64,000 nt of DNA, taken from Fimbriosthenelais zetlandica. Lineage: Eukaryota. Where the stretch lies: the NCBI GenBank assembly GCA_977030845.1, contig OZ365109.1:13082001-13146000 (forward strand), in the 5' to 3' direction. Below the pieces are notes generated by a model. It was given only the letters and a program-made list of their open reading frames with translations. It was not told the DNA's origin and ran no database searches. Below, one piece after another: positions 63,601 through 64,000 of the stretch (the stretch's first letter is position 1; every line of letters begins with the position of its first letter). The translations under genes were made by a program, and so were the position numbers.

Positions 63601-64000
63601 GAGGCACCTTTCTCCATTAATTTATCGAAAAGCAGAAAACTTGCCCCCCTCTTCCATTACTTAGTCCTAGCCACAGCTAATATGGGACAGGTCCCTTCAT
63701 TGATTGATGACAGTTTTATGCGATCTGGGAATTTTCTTTGTTAGTCGGATGGAATGATTGGACTTGGCTGGACGCCAGTCTGAAAGGGACTCCCAGATCC
63801 CCTGGCTGTATATATCTTATGATTGATATAAAAGCTCGTGCAGATTCAGAGAGAATTCCTGATTGCCTGTAATAAGTACATTGCGCTCATTTTGAGAGAA
63901 GTGAAACCAATGAAATCAAACAATAATGACCTGTCACTCGTATGGGTGCTGTTGCAATTTCAGTACTGTCAAGGGAATTTAATGCATGTAATTTCGACTT

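Overview
This is AT-rich animal genomic DNA, mostly intronic or intergenic, with a 139-nt assembly gap at 58268-58406. The repeat content and recurring TAGGCCTA motif suggest a marine deuterostome such as an echinoderm; that is inference only. I see no prokaryotic genes, rRNA, intact tRNA or CRISPR array, and no ORF matches a protein family I can name. The best-supported content is a dense set of non-autonomous DNA transposons. Family A has 8 copies of about 230-420 bp with RTGAY...RTCAY termini and 4-bp target-site duplications (TSDs), Sola1-like. A related 2031-bp TIR element (12350-14380) carries a 12-bp motif repeated at about 185-bp spacing and shares an ATAT target with an adjacent 102-bp mini-element. 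Families B (4 copies) and C (3 copies) are Harbinger-type with TWA/TCA flanks. There are also two 57-67 bp CWG-flanked mini-MITEs, TA-flanked family D (2 copies) and family E (2 copies). Copies within each family are almost all in the same orientation. Gene content is tentative and rests on splice signals and phase logic. One candidate is a + strand exon ending in a signal-peptide-like segment and a strong donor (27825-28279), downstream of a GTCACGTGAC motif and overlapped by an antisense ORF. Another is a small multi-exon minus-strand model (38088-42786) that is open in two reading frames. Several promoter-like CpG patches occur near 3.5, 26.5, 51, 59.5 and 63.5 kb.
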